Shown: piece after piece, positions 12,380 to 25,667 of the stretch
Numbering within the stretch: position 1 is the stretch's first letter
Layout of the letters: the number at the start of each line of letters is the position of its first letter
Assembly: GCF_964204645.1 (NCBI RefSeq)
Contig: NC_134027.1
Coordinates: 13,238,485-13,302,484 of the forward strand
Length of the DNA stretch: 64,000 bases
Source: Tubulanus polymorphus
Taxonomy: Eukaryota > Animalia > Nemertea
Reading direction: 5' to 3'
The notes under the pieces: generated by a model
The model's input: only the letters and a program-made list of their open reading frames with translations
Databases searched by the model: none
What the model was told of the DNA's origin: nothing
Position numbers and translations under genes: made by a program

Positions 12380-12866
12380 TAATAAAAGAAAGTTTAGGTT
12401 TTTTGGCTTTATGAGGCTGAGCGAATAGACCCGATAGCGCTGCGGGTAACGTGCTGGTGTGATGTGCAGTAGTTCGCTTGATCAAAACCGAGCTTTGCTC
12501 ATATTTTTTTATTCCTTTTTCTAACGGGTCTCTGTTTGATTTGTACAGGCTAATGGACATTTTATTCATAGTTTTCAATGGTGTTAGTCATACGGTCATA
12601 TCAGATATGGATTTTCTTACAGCCAGGATTTTTTTTGTAAGCAGGTAATTCTCGACATGGTAGATATATAAAAATTGTGTTTGATTCTAGTAACGAAGTG
12701 ACTGCTCAGTTTATTCGGCTCCATAAACTTTCACTAGGTTTGTTGTCCATCATTGTTTTTTTGGTATGGATTTAAAAGTCCTTAAAATCTAGAATCAACA
12801 GCGGCCCAGGACCAGAATAAATTAAATGATAAATGATAAAAGGGATTTATCGGCGATCTAGAACTT

Positions 12867-13365
12867 AGGCCATCCCAAAATAATGGTCTGTTTGCCGTAA
12901 CCCTACCGAGCCGACTTCAAAGGTACCAAGTGAAATCTTTTTTTGGGGATTCATTGAAATAAATTTTATTTTTGATAAAAACGGTCATCCAATAGACCAA
13001 CTACCGATGTACGAGCTAAGCATGTTTGAAGTCAAGTGTGCATCGTGTGAAAACATGCCTCGAGTGTGTCCTAGTTTAAGTTTTCCAGGAAACTGGCAGT
13101 GTTCCAATAAGCTAACATTCATTCTTAGTGACTATATTAAAGCTGGCAATGTTATAGCGTGCATATGTTTAATGTAGTGTTTCATTTTGAACACAGAGAT
13201 GACGCTCCAGACGAAGTTAGAATTTAAAGATTATTATTGAAATCTAGGCTATAGACAAATTTCTCGTGCAAAACACAGATTTTTGATATTGTTTCCATAT
13301 AAAAAAGGTGATAATTTTTTTTGCCCTAAAATTTTGCAAAAAAATATTTCCACCAACCTACTGAC
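12867..13365 (-). mobile_element. Truncated inverted copy of the MITE at 14416-14985
   Basis: Starts aggccatcccaaaataatggtc; body is the reverse complement of ~14480-14985. Confidence 0.75.
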
Positions 13366-14415
13366 TCAGTATCTCAGATGTGATATTTATATATTCGTTG
13401 CTGAAGCTAAAAATCAACTCTTGCTGTATCGGGAGATGAGAAAGTATTCTAAGTTCCATACAAACTCAGGATTTTCAGGATTCAAAACCCGACGGCAAAA
13501 AAATTGATACCTTCTCTCCACCCTTTGCCGAGCTTGATCCAGCCAGCCACCTATCTACCCTGTACATTACTTTTTTAAACCATGATCAAATTTTACCATA
13601 ACAGACCCAGCAGTTTTAGAAATGAGCCAATTACAAAGTTAATAATATTTTACAACCAGAAAGATTCTTTCTATGTGGACGCGTTAGCAACAAGTTCGAC
13701 ATTCAAATGAGTTCTCTATCTATTCTCAACCTAGCTATATCTGTTCTAAGCGATATATTTCACTGGACAGAATCGACAGTCTACGTTCCCTCGTAGTATC
13801 ATACTAATAGCAATATAGTTTAAACCCCGCTTTTTGAGAAAGCACACGGATCGCAGCTACCCTGTTAGGTAACCATATCATCATAAACGATAGCGTCAAG
13901 CAGACGCAGAGGTCAACAAGACGAATCCCACGCAGAGGCAGGCCCATAGCGAGCAAGCCATATCGCGCGCAGTGTTCAACTATATACTACACAATATTGG
14001 TCGACATCCATAGTGTTTTCTAATGCAAATTAGAATTGTTTAGAATTCATCTGCATAACAATACAAACATTTTTTCGTCAAGATGACCCCGGGCGTATGC
14101 ATAATTAGTTTTAGTTCTAATATTTTCAAAATAAATTGCCCATGGGCAAAGTGTGGTTTACCTTGAAAGCTAGAGGTTGTTTGGAGTAAGGGCATTGCTT
14201 GAAAAATCTTTTTAATTCGTGACTTCAAAGATCCACAGTTTATATTGTATTTTATCTTTCCTAAAGAATTATTTTGTAGTCAAATAAGACCAAAGATATA
14301 CATTTGTTTGCGGTCCACGTCTAAAAGTTTGTAGGGTACAGGTAGGCACGGCAGGGAAACTATTTTATATTTTCAAAAAAATATGTTTAATATGATATGA
14401 AAAAATATTCAAATA

Positions 14416-14985
14416 AGGCCATCCCAAAATAATTGTCTGTTTGCTGCAACACCGACTCAACTTTTCAGGATGAGTCGGTAGGTAGGTAGAATTTTTTTTT
14501 TGCAAAATTTTTGGGCAAAAAAAAAACAAATTTTTCACCTTTGGGCTTTTTTACATGGAAACAATATCGCAAAAAATCATCTACGTTGCGCACAGGAAAT
14601 TTGTCTAATAGCGTAGATTTCAAGAATTATTCTAAAATTATAACTTCGTCCAGAGCGTCATCTCTGTCTTAAAAATGAAACGGTACATTGAATATGTGCG
14701 CGCTTTCACGTTACCAGCTATTCAGTCACTTTAGTCACTATTAGAATGAATGGCAGCTTATTGGAACACTGCCAGTTTCCTGGAAACTTAAACTAGGCCA
14801 CATGTCAAGGCATGTTTTCACACTATGCACACTAGAATTCAAACATACGTAGCTCATAGTCGGTCGGCTGTTTTTATCAAAAATAAAATTTATTTCAATG
14901 AATCCTAGAAAAAAGTTTTCACTCGGTACCTCTGAAGTCAGGTTGGTCGGGTTACGGCAAAAAGACCATTATTTTGGGATGGCCT
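14416..14985. mobile_element. MITE with AGGCCATCCC TIRs
   Basis: aggccatcccaaaataat ... attattttgggatggcct. Confidence 0.8.
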
Positions 14986-15513
14986 AAAATTCATCACATA
15001 TCAGAGGGTGGCTGAATATTGGGTCTTGGAAACCTCTTCCAATGTTGGCCACGGAAGCTAAAATATCGGTGGTACAGAAGAAATCGGCTATTAGATCGTT
15101 TTAAGTCCTGGAATTTACCACTACAATATTCAGACCTCGACAGACCTTTTAGTTTGCTGCTTAGTATTTTCAGGTCACAAGAAATTACAATTTATTACAA
15201 ATTCTATCGAACAGAAAACACAGCGCTCATCTTCTGCTATGATTATTCAGCCTATTTTCATATCAAACGTTCACGCGTTACAGCATCACCGTAGTGTACT
15301 GTACGAGCTTGTGTGTGTGTGTGTGTGTGTGGTGTAGCACTCCGCGTGCATGTGGAGGCCTCGTGTAAGTGAATATTCGCTTACACCTCAATGTCAATCA
15401 AAACAATCACCGGGTATTAAAATGAAACAATACCTATGGCAGATGAGTGAAATAATTACATCCTCACCAGGCACGTATACGGCACCTAGTCCAATGAAAC
15501 GTACACCATTCTA

Positions 15514-15850
15514 TGGCTTTCCCATAATTTTAGTAGCGCCGGAATTCCCCGTATATCCAAAAAACAATCTCATTTGTTCGTAGAGACAACGCCCCCCCCC
15601 CAATCGAGGTCATTGCAATTTTATACGCGAGAGCTAAGAACTTTTCCCGCCAAAAACAGTTTTTCGTAGAATTTTAACTCAGTTGACCATGTCATCGACG
15701 GAGGTTCGCCATGTCTTCAATCGCATCGATTATACGTCTTTTAAGCCAAGAACCAATGAAACAAATGCTCACATAAAAAAACGTACCGCGATTTTACATG
15801 AATTGGCTCAATGCCAACATCATATCGCTGACAAAGGTAAACCAAAAATC
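15514..15850 (+). repeat. Dispersed repeat, copy 2
   Basis: Matches 11332-11660. Confidence 0.8.
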
Positions 15851-16002
15851 GAGAGAATATCCTTTATCTAAAGATTTACGGCTTTGTTGATGAGCTACAC
15901 ATGTCACTTAAACGAGGGCGCTATCATCACAGCTCCGCAGTAAATATTGCAAACTACGCCGCGCATCAACATGGAATTTTCAGCACAGCACAAGAACAAC
16001 AG

Positions 16003-16101
16003 CCCCAAGGGGCACTATGGCCAGTCTGTCAGCTTTTCATAAAATGGTAAATGATGATGCATTTTGTGGGTTAAATTTGTCAAAATACACTCCCAGCTCA
16101 G
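16003..16101 (+). repeat. Dispersed repeat (inverted copy at ~62256-62354)
   Basis: ccccaaggggcactatggccag...cactcccagctca is the reverse complement of the sequence at 62.3 kb. Confidence 0.75.
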
Positions 16102-17479
16102 AGTCAATACCTAATAATTCACACAATACAATCGTAGAATACAAAAGTAGCACAGACAGTGACTGGATGTGACAGGAACAAATACCTCAGATAAATCTTT
16201 TCCCTTGGTCTTATTGATTTTAATGCGGAATAGAATTGAATTTTCTGAAAATTGCTAAAAAAAAACAAAAATAAATTGGATTTGATGTTTTTATTTGTGC
16301 AATTAAGTAAAATTAAATTGGATTTGATATTTTTTACAGAATAAAATTTGATTGAATTTGTAGTTTGAGCACATGGCTAATTAGCATATCAAGGTCATCT
16401 ATCCGATTTAAGAAAAAGCTATTTTTCCCGGACTTTGCACAATGGTCAATGATATTTTCTGAAGTGCTGATAAAAATATTCCTCCCAAAAACCAAATCAA
16501 CTAAAGCTTTCACAGAATTCGATCTTGAAATACAATTTTAGATCTGAAAATAAAACCCGGAAGTAAATTGGTAGACGATACCGCGGCTTGTGAACACCTG
16601 CTGATTTCTGCGGCTAAGCCAATCATAGAGGAGTCTTTGCTTCCTGATTGGCTAAGCCAATCATAGAGGAGTCTTTGCTTCCTGATTGGCTATTCAAAAC
16701 CAATATTTTTGCGATCAGATATTCGCGAAAAAGCTCATAGGCCTATAAATTTTAACGAGGCCCTCTTTCAAAATTCAGCTACGTAGAGTTTGGATAATGG
16801 ATAATGCTCTAATGAATGATTTGTATGAATATATGCTCAGTTGCACAGTAAAATAACCTTTACTCAGGAAACTATGTCATTTAAATTCGCTCCATTTGTA
16901 TAGTAATAGGCTCAGCCTACGGCTGGCCTAAAAAATGAAAAATCCTTGTCAATTTTATTTCTTCTATTGTAGTTATCTTACTGAAGAATTTTATATGTTG
17001 TATCATTAATATATAAAAAGCCTACTTGCAAATTCGACAGCAAATGTCGTACAAATCCGCTCATGCTGTGTTTACGTTAGTAGATCAAGATGAGGTCACA
17101 CTACATCGCTAAAAATTCCCAAAAACCACATAAAATTGCCAATTTACCCAATTTAGGCTTCATCAATAACCTTCAAAAGCAGTCGCCACTTAGAAATTTA
17201 AATTCTGTTTTCCGCAGTTGATCTGTATAAGACCTCTCTGAGAATTCCAAAAATGAGCAAGACATCCCAAAAACATATTCACAATAATTAATCTATAAAG
17301 TGTGATAATCGTATAGAAAATGTGCCGAGTCTCAAATACTTCACATAATACATACCATTTGTCATCTCGGAAGCCAGTCAAGAAGTTTTTTCCTCATAAA
17401 ACTAAAATAAAATTTAAAGCATGATGAGCCTACACAAAAATGATACCTTGTTCCACAGGAAAAGTGGTGAGGGCATAAA

Positions 17480-18134
17480 AACAAGAGCCCCATGGGTTTT
17501 GACGGGGCAGCTTCACACTTATTGACAATTTGTGATGAGTACCGCAATCAATGCTATAACGCGATGCTTTCTAATCACACTTATGCGCATTTTAAGAATA
17601 ATTACAACGCGCAACAAATATTATATTATCATTATAAGATTAACTACATAAATGTAAGATATTTTGTCTAATTTGCGATGTGTTTCCACGTCAAAAGTTT
17701 CTGATTTGAATTCTCGATTTTCGTATTAAGTGCGGAGCTATGATAAATGGCCGCCGTGTCGCTATTTTGAAAACGGCTTTTGATCTCAGTCACATTTTGC
17801 ATTCGCTACAGTCAGGATTATCATTTGAATCAGAAATAACGATATGCAGAGGTAAGATCAGAGTCTAACCTTTCCAAAAAGCCTTCGTTTGTAAAAATCA
17901 GTTCAGAATTACTAGTCGAAAGAACTATTTGCTTTCAAAATGATGGTCATTTTAACTTCCAGGCTGGTGCAGTACAAATGGATTTTGCCGATTTTTTCGG
18001 ATTAATAGCACGATTGAACAATCTCAGAGGCACTCGAACCACTCGGTTTGAAGCAGAAATTCGCTATCTTTATGAATAATCTTACTTGAAGCGGATTGGA
18101 TTATCAATAACGAACTGTTACGACAGTTGGCTAC
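17480..18134 (+). mobile_element. Possible second pearl/HINE-like family
   Basis: Begins aacaagagcccc and ends with hairpin aactg-ttacga-cagttggcta; single copy only. Confidence 0.3.
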
Positions 18135-19521
18135 CTTGTCTTTTTAGTATCTAGGATACTGGGGTCAAAATCCTTGTGTCAAGCTGCCATCGCCCCGCGC
18201 GTGCGAAACTAACTCAGACACTACAGCGGCTGCCATAGCGCCTCATAAGGACCACAAGCAGCCTAATTCGTAGACAGATTCACTATGTGGATTCTAGAAA
18301 GTGTCTTTTTAACCAAATCTGCCTAGCTGACAAAGTCAGAAACTAGGGGTCCAGGGACACCATGCCCACTTACGGTAGGAAGTGGTTTCAGATGATGAAC
18401 AATCTAACAATTTCAATATTCAAAGCCACATCCAATGACTTTGAAAAAATCCAATGACCTTGAAACTCACCACAATCATAGAACATGTCAGCAGTTACAA
18501 TTTGTAATTGATTGTGGTAACAAAAGATAAAAAATCCTAAACAATAAGATATAAAATAAAAAATCCTAGTTACCAATATGATATGGAAATTCTAAGTTAT
18601 TCTACTATTCAACGCCCCCTAGTGACCATATGCAAAGCCCAATGACCTTGAAACTCACAATAATTATAGAACATGCCATGAGCTACAACTTTGCAATCGA
18701 TCACGGTACCAACATATGCCTACATACCAATATAATAAGGAAATACAATGTTATTCTACTATTCAACGCCCCCTAGTGACCATATAGAGAAATTAATGTC
18801 CTTGAAACTAACCACAATCAAAGACCATGTCTTGAGCTACAACTTTCCAATTGATTGTGGTATCAAAATATGCATAGGTACGAATATAGTATAGAAATAC
18901 TAAGTTATTGTATTGTTCAACACCCTCTGGTGGCCATATGCAAAAACCAATGACCTTGAAGCTCACGCCGATCATAGACCATGTCATGAGCTACAACTTT
19001 CCAGTTGATTGTGGTAACAAAATTTGCTTAAGTATCAATATAACGAGGAAAAACTTTTTTCCGCCTACGAATGAGTACTGATGACACCAAGATGGCCGCC
19101 AATTGCATCATAATTGCCTGATCAAATATACCTGTCTTGCTTACAAGAGATCCCTATCCAAAGAATACCCATCACAAATAACTTTATGCTAAGTGTATAT
19201 TTAGATCTTTCTAAAGCTTTCGACTCACTCGATATTAATATTCTTATCAAAAAATTAAATTATTCGGCGTTCGTGGAATAGCTTTAGATTGGTTTAAAAG
19301 CTATCATACAGATCGAAATATGTTTGTGCAATATAAAAATCATAATTCAGAGTTGAGAAGCATTGAGTATGGAATACCACAGGGCTCAATATTAGGGCCT
19401 CTGCTTTTTATCATTGATACCAACGACTTGACCCTAAATTTAAAAAATTGTTAAGCTGTTCTCTTTGCGGACGTCAGTATTTGTCATTAATAAAAATCTT
19501 AAAGTTCTAGTTTCTAATATG

Positions 19522-22510
19522 AACTAGGGGTCCAGGGACACCATGCCCACTTGGGAAGTGGTTTCAAATGCTCAACAATCTAACAATTTCAATATTCAAC
19601 GCCCCCTGGTGACCATTTACAAAAACCAACGACCTTGAAACTCACCACAATCATAGAACATGTCAGCAGCTACGATTTTGTAATTGATTGTGATAACAAA
19701 ATATGCCTCGTTACCAATTTAATATGGAAATACTAAGTCATTCTACTATTCAACGCCCCCTGGTGACCATATTCAAAACCCAATGACCTCGAAACTCACC
19801 ACAATCATAGAACATGTCATGAACAACAACTTTGCAATTGATCATGGTAACAAAATATTCCTAGGTACCAATATAATAAGGAAATACTAAGTTATTCTAC
19901 TATTCAACGCCCCCTGGTGACCATATAGAAAAACTTATGTCCTTAAAACTCGCAACAATCATAGATGATGTCATGAGCTACAACTTTCCAATTGATTGTG
20001 GTTACAAAATATGGATAGGTACGAATATAATAAAGAAATGCTAAGATATTGTATTATTTAACGCCCCCTGGTGGCCATACACGAAATCCAATTACCTTGA
20101 AACTGACCACAATCATAGAACACGTTATGAACTACAACTTTCTAATTGATTGTTGTAGCAAAATACGCTTAGGTATCAATATAATGTGGAAAAACTTTTT
20201 CCCACTTACGAATGAGTACTGGTGACACAAAGATGGCCGCCAATTGCGTCATAATTGGCTGATGAAAAATACCTGTCTCAGGTATAAAACATCCCTTTCC
20301 ATAGAATACCCATCACAAATTGCAATGAGAAATGGCAAACCAGTAGGAAGCTACAGGACTCAGAATTCGGGCCAAAATTAACATTTGTGGGCACTAAAAA
20401 GGTCATAGGACGGCCATCTTGAGTCCGACCGACCCAATTTTTGTTATGTTGATGGGCCCTGGGGGGATTCACATATATCCGAAAGACCAAGGTAATTGAT
20501 CAAAGCGTCTTCAAAATTTCCCCCAAAAAGTTCAAAAATGTGTAAAAAGTGCTGATTTTGGTGAACAACAATGGCTGCTAGTTGGCCATCTTGATTCTGA
20601 CAGGGCCAGTTTTTGGGCAGAAGATGTGTCTAGGGTAGATACATGTGTAACCCAAATATCAAGACATTACCTTGAAGCGTCTTCAAAACTTCCCAAAATA
20701 ACTGGATTCCGTCTACCGACGAACGGACGGACGACGGACGAAAAGTGAACGCAATAGCCCGCTGGGACTAAAGTCCCAAGTGGGCTGAAAACTAATGTCC
20801 TTAAAACTCACAAAAATCATAGATGATGTCATGAGCTACAACTTTCCAATTGATTGTGGTTACAAAATATGCAGGTACGAATATAATAAAGAAATGCTAA
20901 GATATTGTATTATTCAACGCCCCCTGGTGGCCATATACGAGATCCAATTACCTTGAAACTCACCACAATCATAGAACATGTTATGAACTACAACTTTCTA
21001 ATTGATTGTGGTAGCAAAATACGCTTAGGTATCAATATAATGTGGAAAAACTTTTTCCCACTTACGAATGAGTACTGGTGACACCAAGATGGCCGCCAAT
21101 TGCGTCATAATTGGCTGATGAAAAATACCTGTCTCAGGTATAAAACATCCCTTTCCATAGAATACCCATCACAAATTGCAATGAGAAATGGCAAACCAGT
21201 AGGAAGCTACAGGACTCAGAATTCGGGCCAAAATTAACATTTGTGGGCACTAAAAAGGTCATAGGACGGCCATCTTGAGTCCGACCGACCCAATTTTTGT
21301 TATGTTGATGGGCCCTGGGGGGATTCACATATATCCGAAAGACCAAGGTAATTGATCAAAGCGTCTTCAAAATTTCCCCCAAAAAGTTCAAAAATGTGTA
21401 AAAAGTGCTGATTTTGGTGAACAACAATGGCTGCTAGTTGGCCATCTTGATTCTGACAGGGCCAGTTTTTGGGCAGAAGATGTGTCTAGGGTAGATACAT
21501 GTGTAACCCAAATATCAAGACATTACCTTGAAGCGTCTTCAAAACTTCCCAAAATAACTGGATTCCGTCTACCGACGAACGGACGGACGACGGACGAAAA
21601 GTGAACGCAATAGCCCGCTGGGACTAAAGTCCCAAGTGGGCTGAAAACTAATGTCCTTAAAACTCACAAAAATCATAGATGATGTCATGAGCTACAACTT
21701 TCCAATTGATTGTGGTTACAAAATATGCAGGTACGAATATAATAAAGAAATGCTAAGATATTGTATTATTCAACGCCCCCTGGTGGCCATATACGAGATC
21801 CAATTACCTTGAAACTCACCACAATCATAGAACATGTTATGAACTACAACTTTCTAATTGATTGTGGTAGCAAAATACGCTTAGGTATCAATATAATGTG
21901 GAAAAACTTTTTCCCACTTACGAATGAGTATTGGTGACACCAAGATGGCCGCCAATTGCGTCATAATTGGCTGATGAAAAATACCGGTCTGAGGTATAAA
22001 ACATCCCTTTCCAAAGAATACCCATCACAAATTGCAATGAGAAATGGTAAACCAGTAGGAAGCTACAGGACTCGGAATTCGGGCAAAAATTAACATTTTT
22101 GGGCACTAAAAAGGTCATAGGACGGCCATCTTGAGTCCGACCGACCCAATTTTTGTTTCGTTGATGAGCCCTGGGGGGATTCATATATATCCGAAAGATC
22201 AAGGTAATTGATCGAAGCGTCTTCAAAATTTCCCTCAAAAAAGTTAAAAAATGTGTAAAAAGTGCTGATTTTGGCGAACAACAATGGCTGCCAGTCAGCC
22301 ATCTTGATTCTGACAGGGCCAGTTTTTTGGCTGAAGATGTGTCTAGGGTAGATACACGTGTAAGCCAAATATCAAGACGTTACCTTGAAGCGTCTTCAAA
22401 ACTTCCCAAAATAACTGGATCCCGTCTACGGACGGACGGACGGACGGACGGACGACGGACGAAAAGTGAACGCAATAGCCCGCTGGGACTAAAGTCCCAA
22501 GTGAGCTAAA
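19522..22510 (+). mobile_element. Inner pearl/HINE-like element with 856-bp tandem triplication
   Basis: Same termini as the outer copy; inserted at an AA site in the LINE; 3' part repeated with period 856. Confidence 0.8.
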
Positions 22511-23496
22511 AATGACCTAAATGTTGTTATAGATTGGTTTAAAGCCAATAAGCTTACCCTTAACCTTACTAAAACAGCATATATGTTATTTAAGCCTTAT
22601 TCATTTAAAGTTAATCATAATGAAATCAATCTGAAATTGGGCAATCAGTCAGTAAAAAATTTCAATCTGCTTGGTCTTAATATAAGTGAAAATTTGTCCT
22701 TTGAAGAACATGCCCATACCGTAATTAACAAAATCAATAAAAATCTATACATGATTAAAACACTTAAAAATTTTGTTCCAACCTGGACCAAAAGAATCCT
22801 ATACTTCAGTTATATCCAAAGCCACCTAACATATTGCCTAAACTTATGGGCTCCTCTAATTACCAAATCTACTCTGGAAAAAATATTCATCCTTCAAAAA
22901 AGAGCAGTACGTTTGATCAAAAATTCAGATATTTGCTCACCATCGTCCCCCGCATTCAAATCATTAAATATATTAAAGCTATATGATCTAATCAATCTTG
23001 AAATGTTAAAAACTGCATATAACTTCTGCAAATCCAAACTACCGGCACCGGTCCTAGATGTATTTAATAGAAATTAATTTACTCATAATTATAACACCCG
23101 CCAAAGAAACTATCCCAGAATAGGCTTACATAACACAAGTTTATATAATAGATCCTTTACGAAAAATGTACCAATGATATGGCATAACAGCACAGACACC
23201 TTGAGAAGTTCTCCAAGCATCAAAACAATGATAAATAGATTTAAGAAAATCAAAATTTCCTCTTATTGAAATCAATTGAAATTAAATAATCGTACTATCA
23301 AATAATAATTCTCCAATTCATTGTCCCTTTAAAATTGTTCTATTTGTGGAATCAATTTTTTAGGCAGGCTATTTCTCTCTTCATCCGCCCCATTCCATTT
23401 CATCTCAACCATAACACTTGTATTTGCATTGTATTGTTGTCAGTGTGCATGGGACTCTCGGGTTTACAGCTTATAATGGCTTCCATGCATCCAGCC

Positions 23497-23613
<117 letters not shown>

Positions 23614-24576
23614 ATGTATACTTTGTAATTTGTTAATCATATATATATGGAAAATAAACTTGAAAACAAATTGCAATGAAAAATGGCAAACTATTAGGTA
23701 GCTACAGGACTCAGAATTCAGGCCAAAATTGACATTTTTGGGCACAAAAAAGGTCACAGGACAGCCATCTTGAGTCCGATCGACCCAATTTTTCTCATGC
23801 TGATAGGCCCTTAGGGGATACAAATATATACAAACGATCAAGGTAATTGATATAATTGATAAAAGCGTCTCCAAAATTTACCTCGTAAATTTCAAAAATG
23901 TGTAAAAAGTGCTGATTTTTGCCAACAACAATGGCTGCCAGTCGGCCATCTTGATTCTGATAGGGCAAGTTTTTGGGTTGAAGATGTGTCTAGGGTAGAT
24001 ACATGTGTAACCCAAATATCAAGAAATTACATTGAAGCATCTTCAAAACATCCCAAAATAACTGGATTCCATCTACGGATGGAGGGACGAACCACGGACG
24101 AAAAGTGAACACAATAGCCCGCTGGGACTAAAGTCCCACATGGGCTAAAAACCTTCAAAAAAGAAAATTCTTTTCAACCGATTTATTTTACGTTTCATTA
24201 ATAGGGCCTAACATTTTCTTCTGCCGAATTTTTGGATACTTTTCTCACAGATATAAATTTTTTGTGCATATTTGCAATGCATACTTTGTTGCATCCTAAA
24301 TATTATTTTTTTCTCACAGAATTCATTTTCTTTGATATATGAATTGACAATTTGCAATGCCAAGTCTTGCCCAGGCCAGTTTGCAGTTCACCCCTCTCTT
24401 CCTTTCATAGTCTTGGAATAAACCTGTTGGATCAGTTTCGTTTCACAAAGAAGTTCCAAATTTCTTCATTAATTGAGTATATCAATTATCGATCCTCTCT
24501 GTGAAACTGGACCTACCTAGTCTGAATACCAGTCGTTGTTACGGGTTCCCTACAACGTCTGACGCCAAAATGTCAT

Positions 24577-24712
24577 AGGGGAGGGTGACCTGATTTCGGC
24601 ACAGTAAATTTTTACGGCAATTTTCTATCTGAATTATATGCAATTCATGATAAATAATCACTTACTGGATGACCATATCATTTAGAGACCGTAACATAGG
24701 TCAACCTCCCCT
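24577..24712. mobile_element. Small MITE
   Basis: taggggagggtgacct ... aggtcaacctccccta imperfect TIR. Confidence 0.55.
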
Positions 24713-25175
24713 ACAGAGGTTAACTCCTGTTTTTTGCAATGTAAGAAATGCAGGGTTCATAGTCTCCATGACGAGTCTCATTCCAAGCACCTTTCTACCC
24801 CCTATTCAATGACCCGATTCGTTGATCAAATTGACAATATTTAGATCACAATTAACTGACTTCGACTATTAAATGTATTTTATCAAACTACTATATTTGA
24901 CAGAGAAATGTTAGCTTCTCCCATGTTACTAATACTGAGACTTCGATGGCATATTTTACGCCAGGTTTCCCTTACATCTTCAGTTTGAGGTAAGTTAATG
25001 GTGTTTTACAGGGATGAAAATGGCCCATATTGAAAAAGTCGGAAAATATTTTCAAAAAAAGGAATTTTTTTGGGGAACAAAAATCAGTAACTTTTAGCCA
25101 AAAAACTTACTTCCTTTTGGTCAAAATGTTAATAATTTGGGCCTGAATTAGCGCCGCATTTTGAACGAGACGCCA

Positions 25176-25667
25176 TCTATTTCAACCTGACCTGAGAGCA
25201 TTCCGAATGGCCTAGCTCGCTCATTTTTTGGTAGTACATACCTGATAAAGGTCTTAGTAGGACCAGAAAGGACTGGCAATAGAACTAAATCATCATTTTT
25301 TAATCCATTTGAAACTGTATTGAAGAATATCCAAAAAGACTTCACTGAAAGGGGTTAAATGAAGAGAAGTGACTCCATGATTTGAAAGTTTAACAATACG
25401 TTTCCATGCCTAAATACCAAACTTCAGTTGGTAGGCATGGAGACATATTGTTAAACTTTCAAATCATGGAGTCTCTTTTCTCTCATGAACCCCTTCAGAT
25501 AAAGACTTTTTGGATATCCTTCAATACAGTTTAAAGTGGATTAAAAAACAATGTTAAAGGTCGACTGCCTGTCCTTTCTGGTACTACTAAGACCTTTATC
25601 AGGTATGTACTACCAAAAATGAGCAAGCTAGGCCACCCGGAATGCTCTCAAGTCAGGTTGAAATAGA
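25176..25667. mobile_element. Foldback (almost fully palindromic) MITE
   Basis: Arms of ~235 bp, tctatttcaacctgac...ccatgccta / taggcatgg...gtcaggttgaaataga, with a short loop. Confidence 0.85.

Noticed and set aside
20278-22509. Repeated ORFs MVFRIYVNPP...
   Set aside because: Chance frames within the tandemly repeated non-coding HINE
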